Below, in pieces: positions 16,132 through 24,203 of a DNA stretch of 26,362 nucleotides. The DNA comes from a virus (lineage: Duplodnaviria; Caudoviricetes): the IMG/VR virus record IMGVR_UViG_3300020183_003544, positions 1 through 26,362 of that record; one strand, given 5' to 3'. The notes beneath the pieces were generated by a model, which was given only the letters and a program-made list of their open reading frames with translations, was not told the DNA's origin and ran no database searches. The position numbers were made by a program, and so were the translations under genes. Every line of letters starts with the position of its first letter. The stretch's first letter is position 1.

Positions 16132-16818
16132 ATGAAAGTATCTGAAAAGATCAAACAAAGATTGACTGCGGCTGGAGCTAAATTTCATGCCAATGACAAC
16201 ATTGCAGCACACATAGAGCAGGGAGAACTGCCATTGTTAGAACAAGAATTGGCTCAGTCTTTCGCATCAGTGTTGAACAGTCTTGTGATTGACACAGATA
16301 ATGATCCCAACAGCAAAAACACTGCCAAGCGATTGGCCAAAATGTATCTCACAGAGTTAATGAGTGGTAGATATGAATCGAGACCAGATGCCACTGCGTT
16401 CCCCAATGTGGGTGAACACGCCTACACAGGAATGCTGGTGATACGTTCTGAATTAAAATCTGTGTGCAGTCATCACCATCAACCAGTAAATGGTGTGGCA
16501 TACATTGGCATCATACCCAACGGTCAAGTGATAGGATTGAGCAAATACACAAGAATAGCACAATGGTGTGCTAGGAGAGGCACACTGCAGGAGGCACTGT
16601 GCAACAGCATCGCTGACGAAATACAAAAAGCCACTGGGGCTAAAGATTTAGGAGTGTACATACAGGCCACACATGGCTGTTGCGAAAATAGAGGCATAAT
16701 GGCACACAGTTCACTCACACAAACCACTGTGTTAAAAGGAGCTTTCAAAGATGATGTTGGTACTAAAAAAGAATTCATGGACAATATTAATTTGCAACAA
16801 CAATTTGCACCAAGATAG
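16132..16818 (+). CDS. folE: GTP cyclohydrolase I (type IA)
   Basis: TAKRLAKMY, SVCSHHHQP, GLSKYTRI, LQE and HGCCENRG. Confidence 0.95.
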   Translation: MKVSEKIKQRLTAAGAKFHANDNIAAHIEQGELPLLEQELAQSFASVLNSLVIDTDNDPNSKNTAKRLAKMYLTELMSGRYESRPDATAFPNVGEHAYTGMLVIRSELKSVCSHHHQPVNGVAYIGIIPNGQVIGLSKYTRIAQWCARRGTLQEALCNSIADEIQKATGAKDLGVYIQATHGCCENRGIMAHSSLTQTTVLKGAFKDDVGTKKEFMDNINLQQQFAPR

Positions 16819-16827
16819 GAGACACAT

Positions 16828-17031
16828 ATGAATAAAGATGGACCATTCTACGCAGCATTTGAAGGTGATACAACCGGAGTAATCAAACAGGAACTGATCA
16901 CATACAAGGTAAAAAATGGTATGTTGATTAAAGAAATAGTGAATAGAGATTATCAAGATTCAGGTAATGATTACACTGATTCGTCCACAATAATACCATT
17001 GAGAGAAATAAAAAATGAAAGCACAACCTAA
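16828..17031 (+). CDS. Hypothetical protein (67 aa)
   Basis: AGGAG RBS with ATG directly after folE. Confidence 0.7.
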   Translation: MNKDGPFYAAFEGDTTGVIKQELITYKVKNGMLIKEIVNRDYQDSGNDYTDSSTIIPLREIKNESTT

Positions 17032-17182
17032 ATCTATCAGCAACGGACATTTTTATATTTCATTGGTAAAAAGTGGAATAAGAATTATAGCAGGTATCAG
17101 TCTAGTGTTTGGCATGTTTGTGTGGGCCGGTGCTCTGTTTATCACAGCTGAACTGTTGGGAGTGTTAGAAGAACTGGTATAA
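17015..17182 (+). CDS. Small membrane protein (55 aa, not in ORF track)
   Basis: MKAQPKSISNGHFYISLVKSGIRIIAGISLVFGMFVWAGALFITAELLGVLEELV*. Fills the gap, and its TAA overlaps the queE ATG (TAATG). Confidence 0.75.
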   Translation: MKAQPKSISNGHFYISLVKSGIRIIAGISLVFGMFVWAGALFITAELLGVLEELV

Positions 17183-18036
17183 TGAGCAAGATCAAAGTGG
17201 CAGAATTGTTTTACAGCATACAGGGTGAAGGCCGATACATGGGTGTGCCCAGTGTGTTCTTGAGAACTTTCGGCTGTAATTTCACCTGTGCTGGATTCGG
17301 CATGCCCAAAGGTGAACGCAGCACACAGAATGATTTGGTGCACAGAGACATAGACAAATTTAAAACTTACAATGAACTGCCTTTGGTGGACACAGGTTGT
17401 GACAGCTATGCTTCTTGGGATCCAAGATTCAAACATTTGTCACCACTGCTGCAATCAGATGTCATAGCTGAAAGAACAATGGCTTTATTGCCCAACAATC
17501 GTTGGCAGGATGAACATTTCATATTCACAGGTGGTGAACCATTGCTGGGATGGCAGAAGAGCTATCCAGATCTTTTGGAACATGAACACATGCAGCCGCT
17601 GAAAGAAATCACATTTGAAACTAATGGCACTCAATCTCTACACAAAGATTTCAAAGATTATCTCATAAAATGGAGTAACAAAAATGGAAGAACTAGAGAG
17701 TCTATTACATTTTCTGTCAGTGCTAAATTGAGTGTGAGTGGTGAAAAGAGAGAAGACGCAATCAAACCTGATGTGATTGCTGAATACCAATCAGTGGGAC
17801 ACGCATATTTGAAATATGTGGTGGCCAATATTGATGATGTGCATGAAGCTGTTGAGGTCACAGATATGTATAGAAAAAAAGGATTCAATGGCTCAGTGTA
17901 TCTAATGCCAGTGGGCGGAGTAGAAAATGTGTACTACATGAACAATCGCGCAGTGGCTCAGATGGCAATGAAGATGGGTTACAGATACAGTGACAGATTG
18001 CAGGTGCCATTGTTTAAAAATGCATGGGGAACATAG
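17182..18036 (+). CDS. queE: 7-carboxy-7-deazaguanine synthase (radical SAM)
   Basis: ELFYSIQGEG, VFLRTFGCNFTC...GCDS, FTGGEP, FETNGT, SAKL, YLMP and RLQ. Near folE. Confidence 0.9.
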   Translation: MSKIKVAELFYSIQGEGRYMGVPSVFLRTFGCNFTCAGFGMPKGERSTQNDLVHRDIDKFKTYNELPLVDTGCDSYASWDPRFKHLSPLLQSDVIAERTMALLPNNRWQDEHFIFTGGEPLLGWQKSYPDLLEHEHMQPLKEITFETNGTQSLHKDFKDYLIKWSNKNGRTRESITFSVSAKLSVSGEKREDAIKPDVIAEYQSVGHAYLKYVVANIDDVHEAVEVTDMYRKKGFNGSVYLMPVGGVENVYYMNNRAVAQMAMKMGYRYSDRLQVPLFKNAWGT

Positions 18037-18045
18037 GAGGACAAT

Positions 18046-18411
18046 ATGCTAGATAAAATAAAGAAAATTTTTCAAAGAAACAAAACTGTGCCACAAACTG
18101 ATAGACACAAACTTTTGATGGCTGAAAAAGAAGCAGCAACCAAAGCAGGCAAACCTTGGGTAGCAGTGCTGGAGACACACTTGAACAAAGAAAACATACG
18201 CAATGGTTTTTTTGAACTGGATTGGAACAACGCCTTCATAGAAGACTTGTTGGATGCTGGATACAAAGGTGAAACCAACGAAGAGATAGTGGAAGGCTGG
18301 TTCAAAGATGTCACAAGAAATGTGCTGAATGAACAAGGTCAAGACACCACAAGAGGAGCTGGTTATATCAATGTCAATAAACTTGGCAAGGATAGATCAG
18401 AAGTTAGTTAA
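18046..18411 (+). CDS. Hypothetical protein (121 aa)
   Basis: AGGAGG RBS. Stop overlaps the next ATG. Confidence 0.8.
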   Translation: MLDKIKKIFQRNKTVPQTDRHKLLMAEKEAATKAGKPWVAVLETHLNKENIRNGFFELDWNNAFIEDLLDAGYKGETNEEIVEGWFKDVTRNVLNEQGQDTTRGAGYINVNKLGKDRSEVS

Positions 18412-19412
18412 TGAGTTACATACTGGTGGATTTAGCCAACGTTTTTTTTAGAGCACGCCATGTGGTAGAAGGTGATATCAACAGCAAAATTGGAATGGCT
18501 ATACACATTACTTTGAACAGTATCAAAAAGGCTTGGAAAGATTTCAATGGCAGTCATGTGGTTTTTTGCATGGAAGGTCGCAGTTGGCGTAAGGATTTTT
18601 ATCCTCCTTACAAAAGAAACAGGTCCGATGCTAGAGCAGCACTGACTCCGCGTGAACAGGAAGAAGAAAAATTATTTTGGGAAACATTTGATTCATTCAA
18701 AGAATACATACAATCTAAAACCAACTGCACAGTGTTGCACAACACTAGATTGGAAGCAGATGACTGCATCAGTGCTTGGATACAGGCCCATCCTAGAGAT
18801 CAACATGTGATTGTGAGCACTGACAGCGATTTCGCTCAATTGATCTGTGACAATGTAAAACAATACAATGGAGTGCAAGAAATCACCATTAGTAAAGAAG
18901 GATATTTTGATCACAAGGGTAAACACGTGATTGACAAAAAAACTGGTGAAAATAAAGCAGCACCAGATCCTGAATGGTTATTGTTTGAAAAATGCATGAG
19001 AGGTGACTCCACTGACAATATCTTTAGTGCTTTTCCTGGTGTAAGGACCAAAGGCACAAAAAATAGAGTGGGACTGGCAGAAGCATTTGCGGATAGAAAA
19101 ACCAAAGGGTTCAGTTGGAACAACATGATGTTGCAGAGATGGTTGGATCATGAAGGCATTGAGCACAGAGTGTTGGATGATTACAACAGAAACGTTGTAT
19201 TATGTGATCTCAAATCACAACCAGAGGAGATTAAAAATATTATGGCAAACACAGTGATAGAAAATGCAAAAACAAAGTCCGTGGACCAAGTAGGTATCAA
19301 GTTAATGAGATTTTGTGCCAAATGGGACATGGTTAAGATAGCAGAAAATGCTCAACAGTATGCTGAACCATTGAATGCAAGATATCAACAAACACAGGGA
19401 GTGGTAGCATGA
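18411..19412 (+). CDS. rnh: 5'-3' exonuclease / flap endonuclease (T4 RNase H-like)
   Basis: ILVDLAN, SWRK..YPPYKRNR, EADD, STDSDFAQL and GDSTDNI (H3TH). Confidence 0.9.
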   Translation: MSYILVDLANVFFRARHVVEGDINSKIGMAIHITLNSIKKAWKDFNGSHVVFCMEGRSWRKDFYPPYKRNRSDARAALTPREQEEEKLFWETFDSFKEYIQSKTNCTVLHNTRLEADDCISAWIQAHPRDQHVIVSTDSDFAQLICDNVKQYNGVQEITISKEGYFDHKGKHVIDKKTGENKAAPDPEWLLFEKCMRGDSTDNIFSAFPGVRTKGTKNRVGLAEAFADRKTKGFSWNNMMLQRWLDHEGIEHRVLDDYNRNVVLCDLKSQPEEIKNIMANTVIENAKTKSVDQVGIKLMRFCAKWDMVKIAENAQQYAEPLNARYQQTQGVVA

Positions 19413-19918
19413 CAGTGGTAGCAAAACCCATATTGGAAGGTAAATTCTGGATAGTGGAATCCAATGGCGAAAAATTAGGCACTTTGTGCAGACAGGACGA
19501 TCATAGATACATGTTCAGTTGTGCCACAGGCACCAGAATGTTTGATAATGAGCAACAACTCAAGCAGGAATTCAAGAATGATTGGCTGTGGGGCACCACT
19601 GGACACTTGGCCACAGCAGAAATAGTGGACAAGAATGTGGTGTATGGATATCCCACAAGATTTGAACCATGCAATCCTATATTCGATGTCAAAAAACAAT
19701 TGCCATTGTTCACCAAGAGTAAAAAATCAAGATCTTTATACTGTGCTGGCTACTACATAATCAAGTTTGAAAAAGGTTGGGTCAAGAGCTACTGCCCCAA
19801 ATTGGTCACCATAGAAAGATATCCCAACAAAGGCCCGTTCAAAACTGTGTTGGAAATGCGACAGGAATTGAGCAGTGCCAACAAACAGGAGACTTACAAC
19901 AATGACACAACCAATTAA
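19409..19918 (+). CDS. Hypothetical protein (169 aa)
   Basis: ATGA-coupled to rnh. GGGAG RBS. Confidence 0.8.
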   Translation: MTVVAKPILEGKFWIVESNGEKLGTLCRQDDHRYMFSCATGTRMFDNEQQLKQEFKNDWLWGTTGHLATAEIVDKNVVYGYPTRFEPCNPIFDVKKQLPLFTKSKKSRSLYCAGYYIIKFEKGWVKSYCPKLVTIERYPNKGPFKTVLEMRQELSSANKQETYNNDTTN

Positions 19919-20129
19919 CACAGCGCCGCTGCAGCAGCTGATACAGCAGATCAAAGCAGCAGATCAAAGTCAACAAAAAGAGATCAGATTGGATATTCAA
20001 TCTGCAAAAAGCGTGGCCTACACCTTAGGCATTGTGATGAGCAGATTAGCAGGTGATTATGAACAATTGCTGGCTAAAAAAGACAAAGAAGACACCATAC
20101 AAATACAAATGGATGGTGGCAAACTGTGA
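19902..20129 (+). CDS. Hypothetical protein (75 aa)
   Basis: ATG 19902 with AGGAG at 19887-19891. Confidence 0.75.
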   Translation: MTQPINTAPLQQLIQQIKAADQSQQKEIRLDIQSAKSVAYTLGIVMSRLAGDYEQLLAKKDKEDTIQIQMDGGKL

Positions 20130-20323
20130 TTACTGACAAAGAAATTGAACAGTTGGCATCAACAAATCTGCCCGACAATAACTTCAATCCATATGCTGCA
20201 GCACCAGACATTTTTGGTGAAAATCTACAACAATATCAAATAGACATCAAAGTTGCACTTTTTTATCCTGTGTGTATGTGGGCCTTAGCAGCCACTATTA
20301 TTGCCCTTGTATTGGCTTTATAA
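20126..20323 (+). CDS. Small protein with a C-terminal TM helix (65 aa)
   Basis: GTGA overlap with the upstream stop. Hydrophobic C-terminus. Confidence 0.6.
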   Translation: MITDKEIEQLASTNLPDNNFNPYAAAPDIFGENLQQYQIDIKVALFYPVCMWALAATIIALVLAL

Positions 20324-20358
20324 TTGATTTAAACACTATTTTTTTTGGTACAAGACAG

Positions 20359-20365
20359 ATAAATA
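20359..20365 (+). promoter_or_regulatory. T4-type late promoter core (ATAAATA)
   Basis: Intergenic GATAAATA, no -35 element, about 30 nt upstream of ATG 20397. Confidence 0.55.
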
Positions 20366-20396
20366 TATGTGTATAACTCACACATGCAAGGAAAAT

Positions 20397-20687
20397 ATGA
20401 GTAGACCCAAACCAGTAGTTCTTTTGGAAAATGTAAACAAGAAAGACTACAAAGCAGAACAGATTTTGGAAGCAGAAGCCATCTGGGCAGTGTTTTACAA
20501 GGACAAGCCTTTCAATTTGAAATCGTCCAACGTGACCACCAACTATCCAGGGCCCAAGTACAAAAAAGTATCCTTCAGCAATCCAGGTCATGCATTTAAC
20601 CTTGCTAAGAAATTGAACACTCTATTCAATGTGCAGGATTTTTCGGTGGTCAAGCTGAACAAGGGCGAGACTGTGACTGAAAAATAA
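20397..20687 (+). CDS. Hypothetical basic protein (96 aa)
   Basis: ATG 20397 with AAGGA RBS. Begins MSRPKP. TAATG-coupled to the next gene. Confidence 0.8.
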   Translation: MSRPKPVVLLENVNKKDYKAEQILEAEAIWAVFYKDKPFNLKSSNVTTNYPGPKYKKVSFSNPGHAFNLAKKLNTLFNVQDFSVVKLNKGETVTEK

Positions 20688-21076
20688 TGGACTGGAAAAG
20701 CACCTACACTAAAATATTTCTCACACAAGCTAACATATCTGTCACTGACAATTCATTGGCGGAATATATGCCAAAATGGTGGCGTAGTGCCAAATCCAAA
20801 CAGCATGGTGGATTGAGGTTGTCTGAAGAAGGCCTTAAATTTATCACAGACAAACTGGACATGCAAACCTATGATGTGCCTTTTCCACAAGATTTCACTA
20901 TCACCACTCAGGTCATATTGTTTCTAGATAAATTCATTGATTGCCCTTATTATGTGGCAGCAGATGGAATCATAGTTACCAATGAAAAAAAAGCCATAGA
21001 ATTGCACTTGTTTTCAGGTGATATAAGAAAGTATGGACTGGTGAAAGCCATGCAAAGACCTTTCACACAGGAGTGA
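20687..21076 (+). CDS. Hypothetical protein (129 aa)
   Basis: Translationally coupled ORF. Confidence 0.8.
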   Translation: MDWKSTYTKIFLTQANISVTDNSLAEYMPKWWRSAKSKQHGGLRLSEEGLKFITDKLDMQTYDVPFPQDFTITTQVILFLDKFIDCPYYVAADGIIVTNEKKAIELHLFSGDIRKYGLVKAMQRPFTQE

Positions 21077-21157
21077 CCCGCTATTTTGTTGAATAATACA
21101 TCATTGATTTTGTTGACTTTTTTTATCCACAAAATTCATATTTCGACACAATATAGT

Positions 21158-21186
21158 TTGACTTTGACATAGGGTGATGCTATACT
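21158..21186 (+). promoter_or_regulatory. Sigma70-type promoter upstream of the AAA ATPase
   Basis: TTGACT (21158-21163), 17 nt, TATACT (21181-21186) with extended TG. A second TTGACA (21164-21169) and a TATAAT (21190-21195) overlap it. AAGGAG RBS. Confidence 0.75.
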
Positions 21187-21210
21187 GTATATAATTTAAC
21201 AAGGAGCAAC

Positions 21211-22314
21211 ATGGCAAAAGATAAAGACAGTTTAGCGGTTAGGCAGTTAGGACCTAATCAGGCAAAAAACAGCATACGACACGCAATCACAAAGAGAAGA
21301 CCTATATTTTTATGGGGAGCACCAGGCATAGGCAAGTCTGATATTGTGCATCAAATAGCAGAAGCAATCGAAGCTCATGTAATTGATATAAGATTGAGTC
21401 TGTGGGAACCCACAGATATCAAAGGCATTCCATATTTTGATTCCAATGACAAACAAATGGTTTGGGCGCCTCCAAGTGAATTGCCAAACGAATCAGTGGC
21501 AAAGAAACACAAACAAATTATATTATTTTTAGACGAAATGAATTCAGCAGCACCTGCTGTGCAGGCAGCTGCCTATCAATTGATATTGAATCGCAGAGTG
21601 GGCACATACAAATTGCCTGACAATGTGGTTATCATTGCAGCAGGCAACAGAGAAGTTGACAGGGGTATTGTGTACAGAATGCCAGCTCCTTTAGCCAATA
21701 GATTCATACACATTGAAATGAAAGTGGATTTTGAAGACTGGTTTCAATGGGCTGTGTCACACAACATACACAAGGATGTGGTGGGTTTTCTCACATTCAG
21801 TAAGAAAGATTTATATGATTTCGACCCTAAAAATTCGGGTCGATCCTTTGCAACTCCACGCAGTTGGACATTTGTAAGTGAATTACTTACAGATGAAATT
21901 GATGAGAGTGTCACATCGGACCTAGTGAGCGGTGCGGTGGGCGAAGGATTAGCAGTAAAATTCATGGCTCACAGGAAAGTAGCAAAAGATCTACCTAATC
22001 CTTCGGACATACTGTTGGGTAAGGTGGAAAAAATGAAGACTAGAGAAATCAGTGCCATGTATTCCTTGACAGTCTCATTGTGCTACGAACTGAAAGAAGC
22101 AAGTGATAAGAAAGATAAGAAATTTAATGAGAAAGTCAATAGATTTCTTAGATTTGCTATGGATAACTTTGACACAGAAATTGTGGTCATGGGTATCAAG
22201 GTGGCATTGACACAATATCAATTGCCAATTGATCCAGACAGTATCAAGTGCTTCGATGAGTTCCATGAAAAGTACGGCAAGTATGTCATTGCCGCACAAA
22301 AAACTACTGAGTAA
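21211..22314 (+). CDS. MoxR / dynein-related AAA+ ATPase
   Basis: Walker A GAPGIGKS, Walker B LFLDEMN, sensor I AAGN, arginine finger PLANRF and sensor II TPRSW. Confidence 0.9.
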   Translation: MAKDKDSLAVRQLGPNQAKNSIRHAITKRRPIFLWGAPGIGKSDIVHQIAEAIEAHVIDIRLSLWEPTDIKGIPYFDSNDKQMVWAPPSELPNESVAKKHKQIILFLDEMNSAAPAVQAAAYQLILNRRVGTYKLPDNVVIIAAGNREVDRGIVYRMPAPLANRFIHIEMKVDFEDWFQWAVSHNIHKDVVGFLTFSKKDLYDFDPKNSGRSFATPRSWTFVSELLTDEIDESVTSDLVSGAVGEGLAVKFMAHRKVAKDLPNPSDILLGKVEKMKTREISAMYSLTVSLCYELKEASDKKDKKFNEKVNRFLRFAMDNFDTEIVVMGIKVALTQYQLPIDPDSIKCFDEFHEKYGKYVIAAQKTTE

Positions 22315-22321
22315 ATCAGCT

Positions 22322-22350
22322 TGCGGGGTGTGAACACATACCCCGCATTT
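22322..22350 (+). terminator. GC-rich hairpin with a short U tract (partial terminator or mRNA-stabilising stem)
   Basis: TGCGGGGTGTG-AACA-CATACCCCGCA forms 11 bp with one G-U pair, followed by TTT. Confidence 0.6.
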
Positions 22351-22354
22351 AAAG

Positions 22355-23575
22355 ATGGCACTTATGAATAAAAAAGAAAAACTTTCGAAACTACAGGAAG
22401 AAGTACTAGATAAAATTGTTGTAGCAAGAATTGGTTTACTGCTGAGACATCCTTTTTTCGGCAACATGGCAACAAGATTGGGCATTCAAGAATGTGATGA
22501 ATGGTGTCCAACTGCTGCCACAGATGGTAGAAATCTGTATTACAACACAAAATTTTTTAATAAACTTGATACGAGAGAGATCGAATTTGTAATTGCTCAC
22601 GAAATATTGCATTGTGTGTTTGATCATATCACAAGAGCAGAAGACAGAGATAGAAACATCTACAATGTGGCCTGTGATTATGTGGTAAACAACACATTGG
22701 TGCGTGATAACATAGGCAAGCAGCCTAAAAAAATTCCTATATTTCAAGACTTCAAGTATGAAGGCTGGAGTTCTGAAAGAGTTTATGATGAATTGTATAA
22801 AAAATATGATGACAAACAATTAGAGAAACTGGGACAACTGTTGGATGAACATGTGGACTGGGAAAAACAAAATGGAAAGAATTCCAAGCCCGATAGTGAC
22901 AAGAAACCAGCTTACTCTAAAGAAGAGCTGAGAAAGATTCGAGACGAAATAAAAGATTCCATACTGCAATCTGCACAAGCAGCTGGTGCAGGCAATCTAC
23001 CTGCTGAAATACAAAGAATTGTAGAAAATCTAACTAACCCTAAAATGAGTTGGAGAGAATTACTACAAACTCAAATACAAAGTTCAATCAAAAGCGATTA
23101 CAGTTTCACTCGACCCAGCAGAAAGGGCTGGCACACCAATGTGGTACTGCCAGGTTCACAGTTTGAAAACACCATAGATATTTGTGTGGCAATAGATGCC
23201 AGCGGCAGCATAGACAACAATCAACTGAAAACTTTCCTCACTGAAGTAAAAGGAATCATGGATCAATACAAAGATTACAAGATTAAAGTTTGGACTTTCG
23301 ATACTGAAATCTATAATGAAAAAGATTTTACTCCATATGATGATGATATATCCAAATACAAATTAGAAGGTGGTGGGGGCACTGAATTCATGGCCAATTG
23401 GGACTACATGAAAGAAAACAACATAATGCCAAAAAAACTCATAGTGTTCACTGATGGTTTACCTTGGGGCAGTTGGGGTGATCCAGACTACTGTGACACT
23501 CTGTTTATCATCAATAATCCATTTGAAAAGAAGATCAAAGCACCGTTTGGAGTCAGCGTCAACTACGAGGAATAG
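22355..23575 (+). CDS. Zincin-like metallopeptidase plus VWA domain protein (DUF2201-like)
   Basis: TAATDG, HEILH (HExxH), N.ACD..VN. C-terminal MIDAS IDASGS, GGGTEF and FTDG. Confidence 0.88.
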   Translation: MALMNKKEKLSKLQEEVLDKIVVARIGLLLRHPFFGNMATRLGIQECDEWCPTAATDGRNLYYNTKFFNKLDTREIEFVIAHEILHCVFDHITRAEDRDRNIYNVACDYVVNNTLVRDNIGKQPKKIPIFQDFKYEGWSSERVYDELYKKYDDKQLEKLGQLLDEHVDWEKQNGKNSKPDSDKKPAYSKEELRKIRDEIKDSILQSAQAAGAGNLPAEIQRIVENLTNPKMSWRELLQTQIQSSIKSDYSFTRPSRKGWHTNVVLPGSQFENTIDICVAIDASGSIDNNQLKTFLTEVKGIMDQYKDYKIKVWTFDTEIYNEKDFTPYDDDISKYKLEGGGGTEFMANWDYMKENNIMPKKLIVFTDGLPWGSWGDPDYCDTLFIINNPFEKKIKAPFGVSVNYEE

Positions 23576-23860
23576 ATGCTGCAGAAAACAGGTGAACCAA
23601 ATCCACATAATTTTTTTGGTACTAGACGAACCAAAAAGTGTCTGCCTCATTTCAAAATAATTGAAATCAAATTTGATTACTCTGTGGAAGAAAAAGTCAG
23701 CAGATGGATCTACAACAATCTCAAGAGTAGATTTTTTATTGGCAAAGTGCTGGTGAACACAGAAGAAAAACGAGCAGAGTACGCAATAAAAATTGGTTTC
23801 GAAGATCCAAAAGAAGTCACAATATTCAGTTTGAGTTGCCCACACATACTACGAAGTTAA
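23576..23860 (+). CDS. Hypothetical protein (94 aa)
   Basis: ATG immediately after the upstream TAG. GAGGA RBS. Confidence 0.75.
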   Translation: MLQKTGEPNPHNFFGTRRTKKCLPHFKIIEIKFDYSVEEKVSRWIYNNLKSRFFIGKVLVNTEEKRAEYAIKIGFEDPKEVTIFSLSCPHILRS

Positions 23861-23894
23861 ATAATTTCGTATATACAAACAAGGAGTAACTCTA

Positions 23895-24203
23895 ATGACA
23901 ATCGAAAATAAAAATCCTGCAGCGAATCCTACTGCAACCACTAGTATGGTCATGCCAAAAGCAGCCACACCACCAGCTGGTGCAGCCAGTGATCTCACTG
24001 TGCAGGATCTTAACACAATCAAAGCCATCATAGATGTGGCATCACAAAGGGGCGCTTTCAAGGCAGGCGAAATGCAGGCTGTGGGCACCACCTACAACAA
24101 ATTGGAAGCATTTCTCAATGCTATTCAAGCACAGCAGGCAGCAGCAGCCAAAACCACTGGTCCCGCAGCAACCACTGCAGGAAGTGAGAATAAAAATGTC
24201 TGA
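23895..24203 (+). CDS. Hypothetical protein (102 aa) with Ala/Thr/Pro-rich termini
   Basis: AAGGAG RBS. Core LTVQDL..IIDVASQRGAFKAGEM..VG..YNKL. Confidence 0.8.
   Translation: MTIENKNPAANPTATTSMVMPKAATPPAGAASDLTVQDLNTIKAIIDVASQRGAFKAGEMQAVGTTYNKLEAFLNAIQAQQAAAAKTTGPAATTAGSENKNV

Noticed and set aside
20324-20350. T run as an intrinsic terminator
   Set aside because: No convincing GC stem precedes it.
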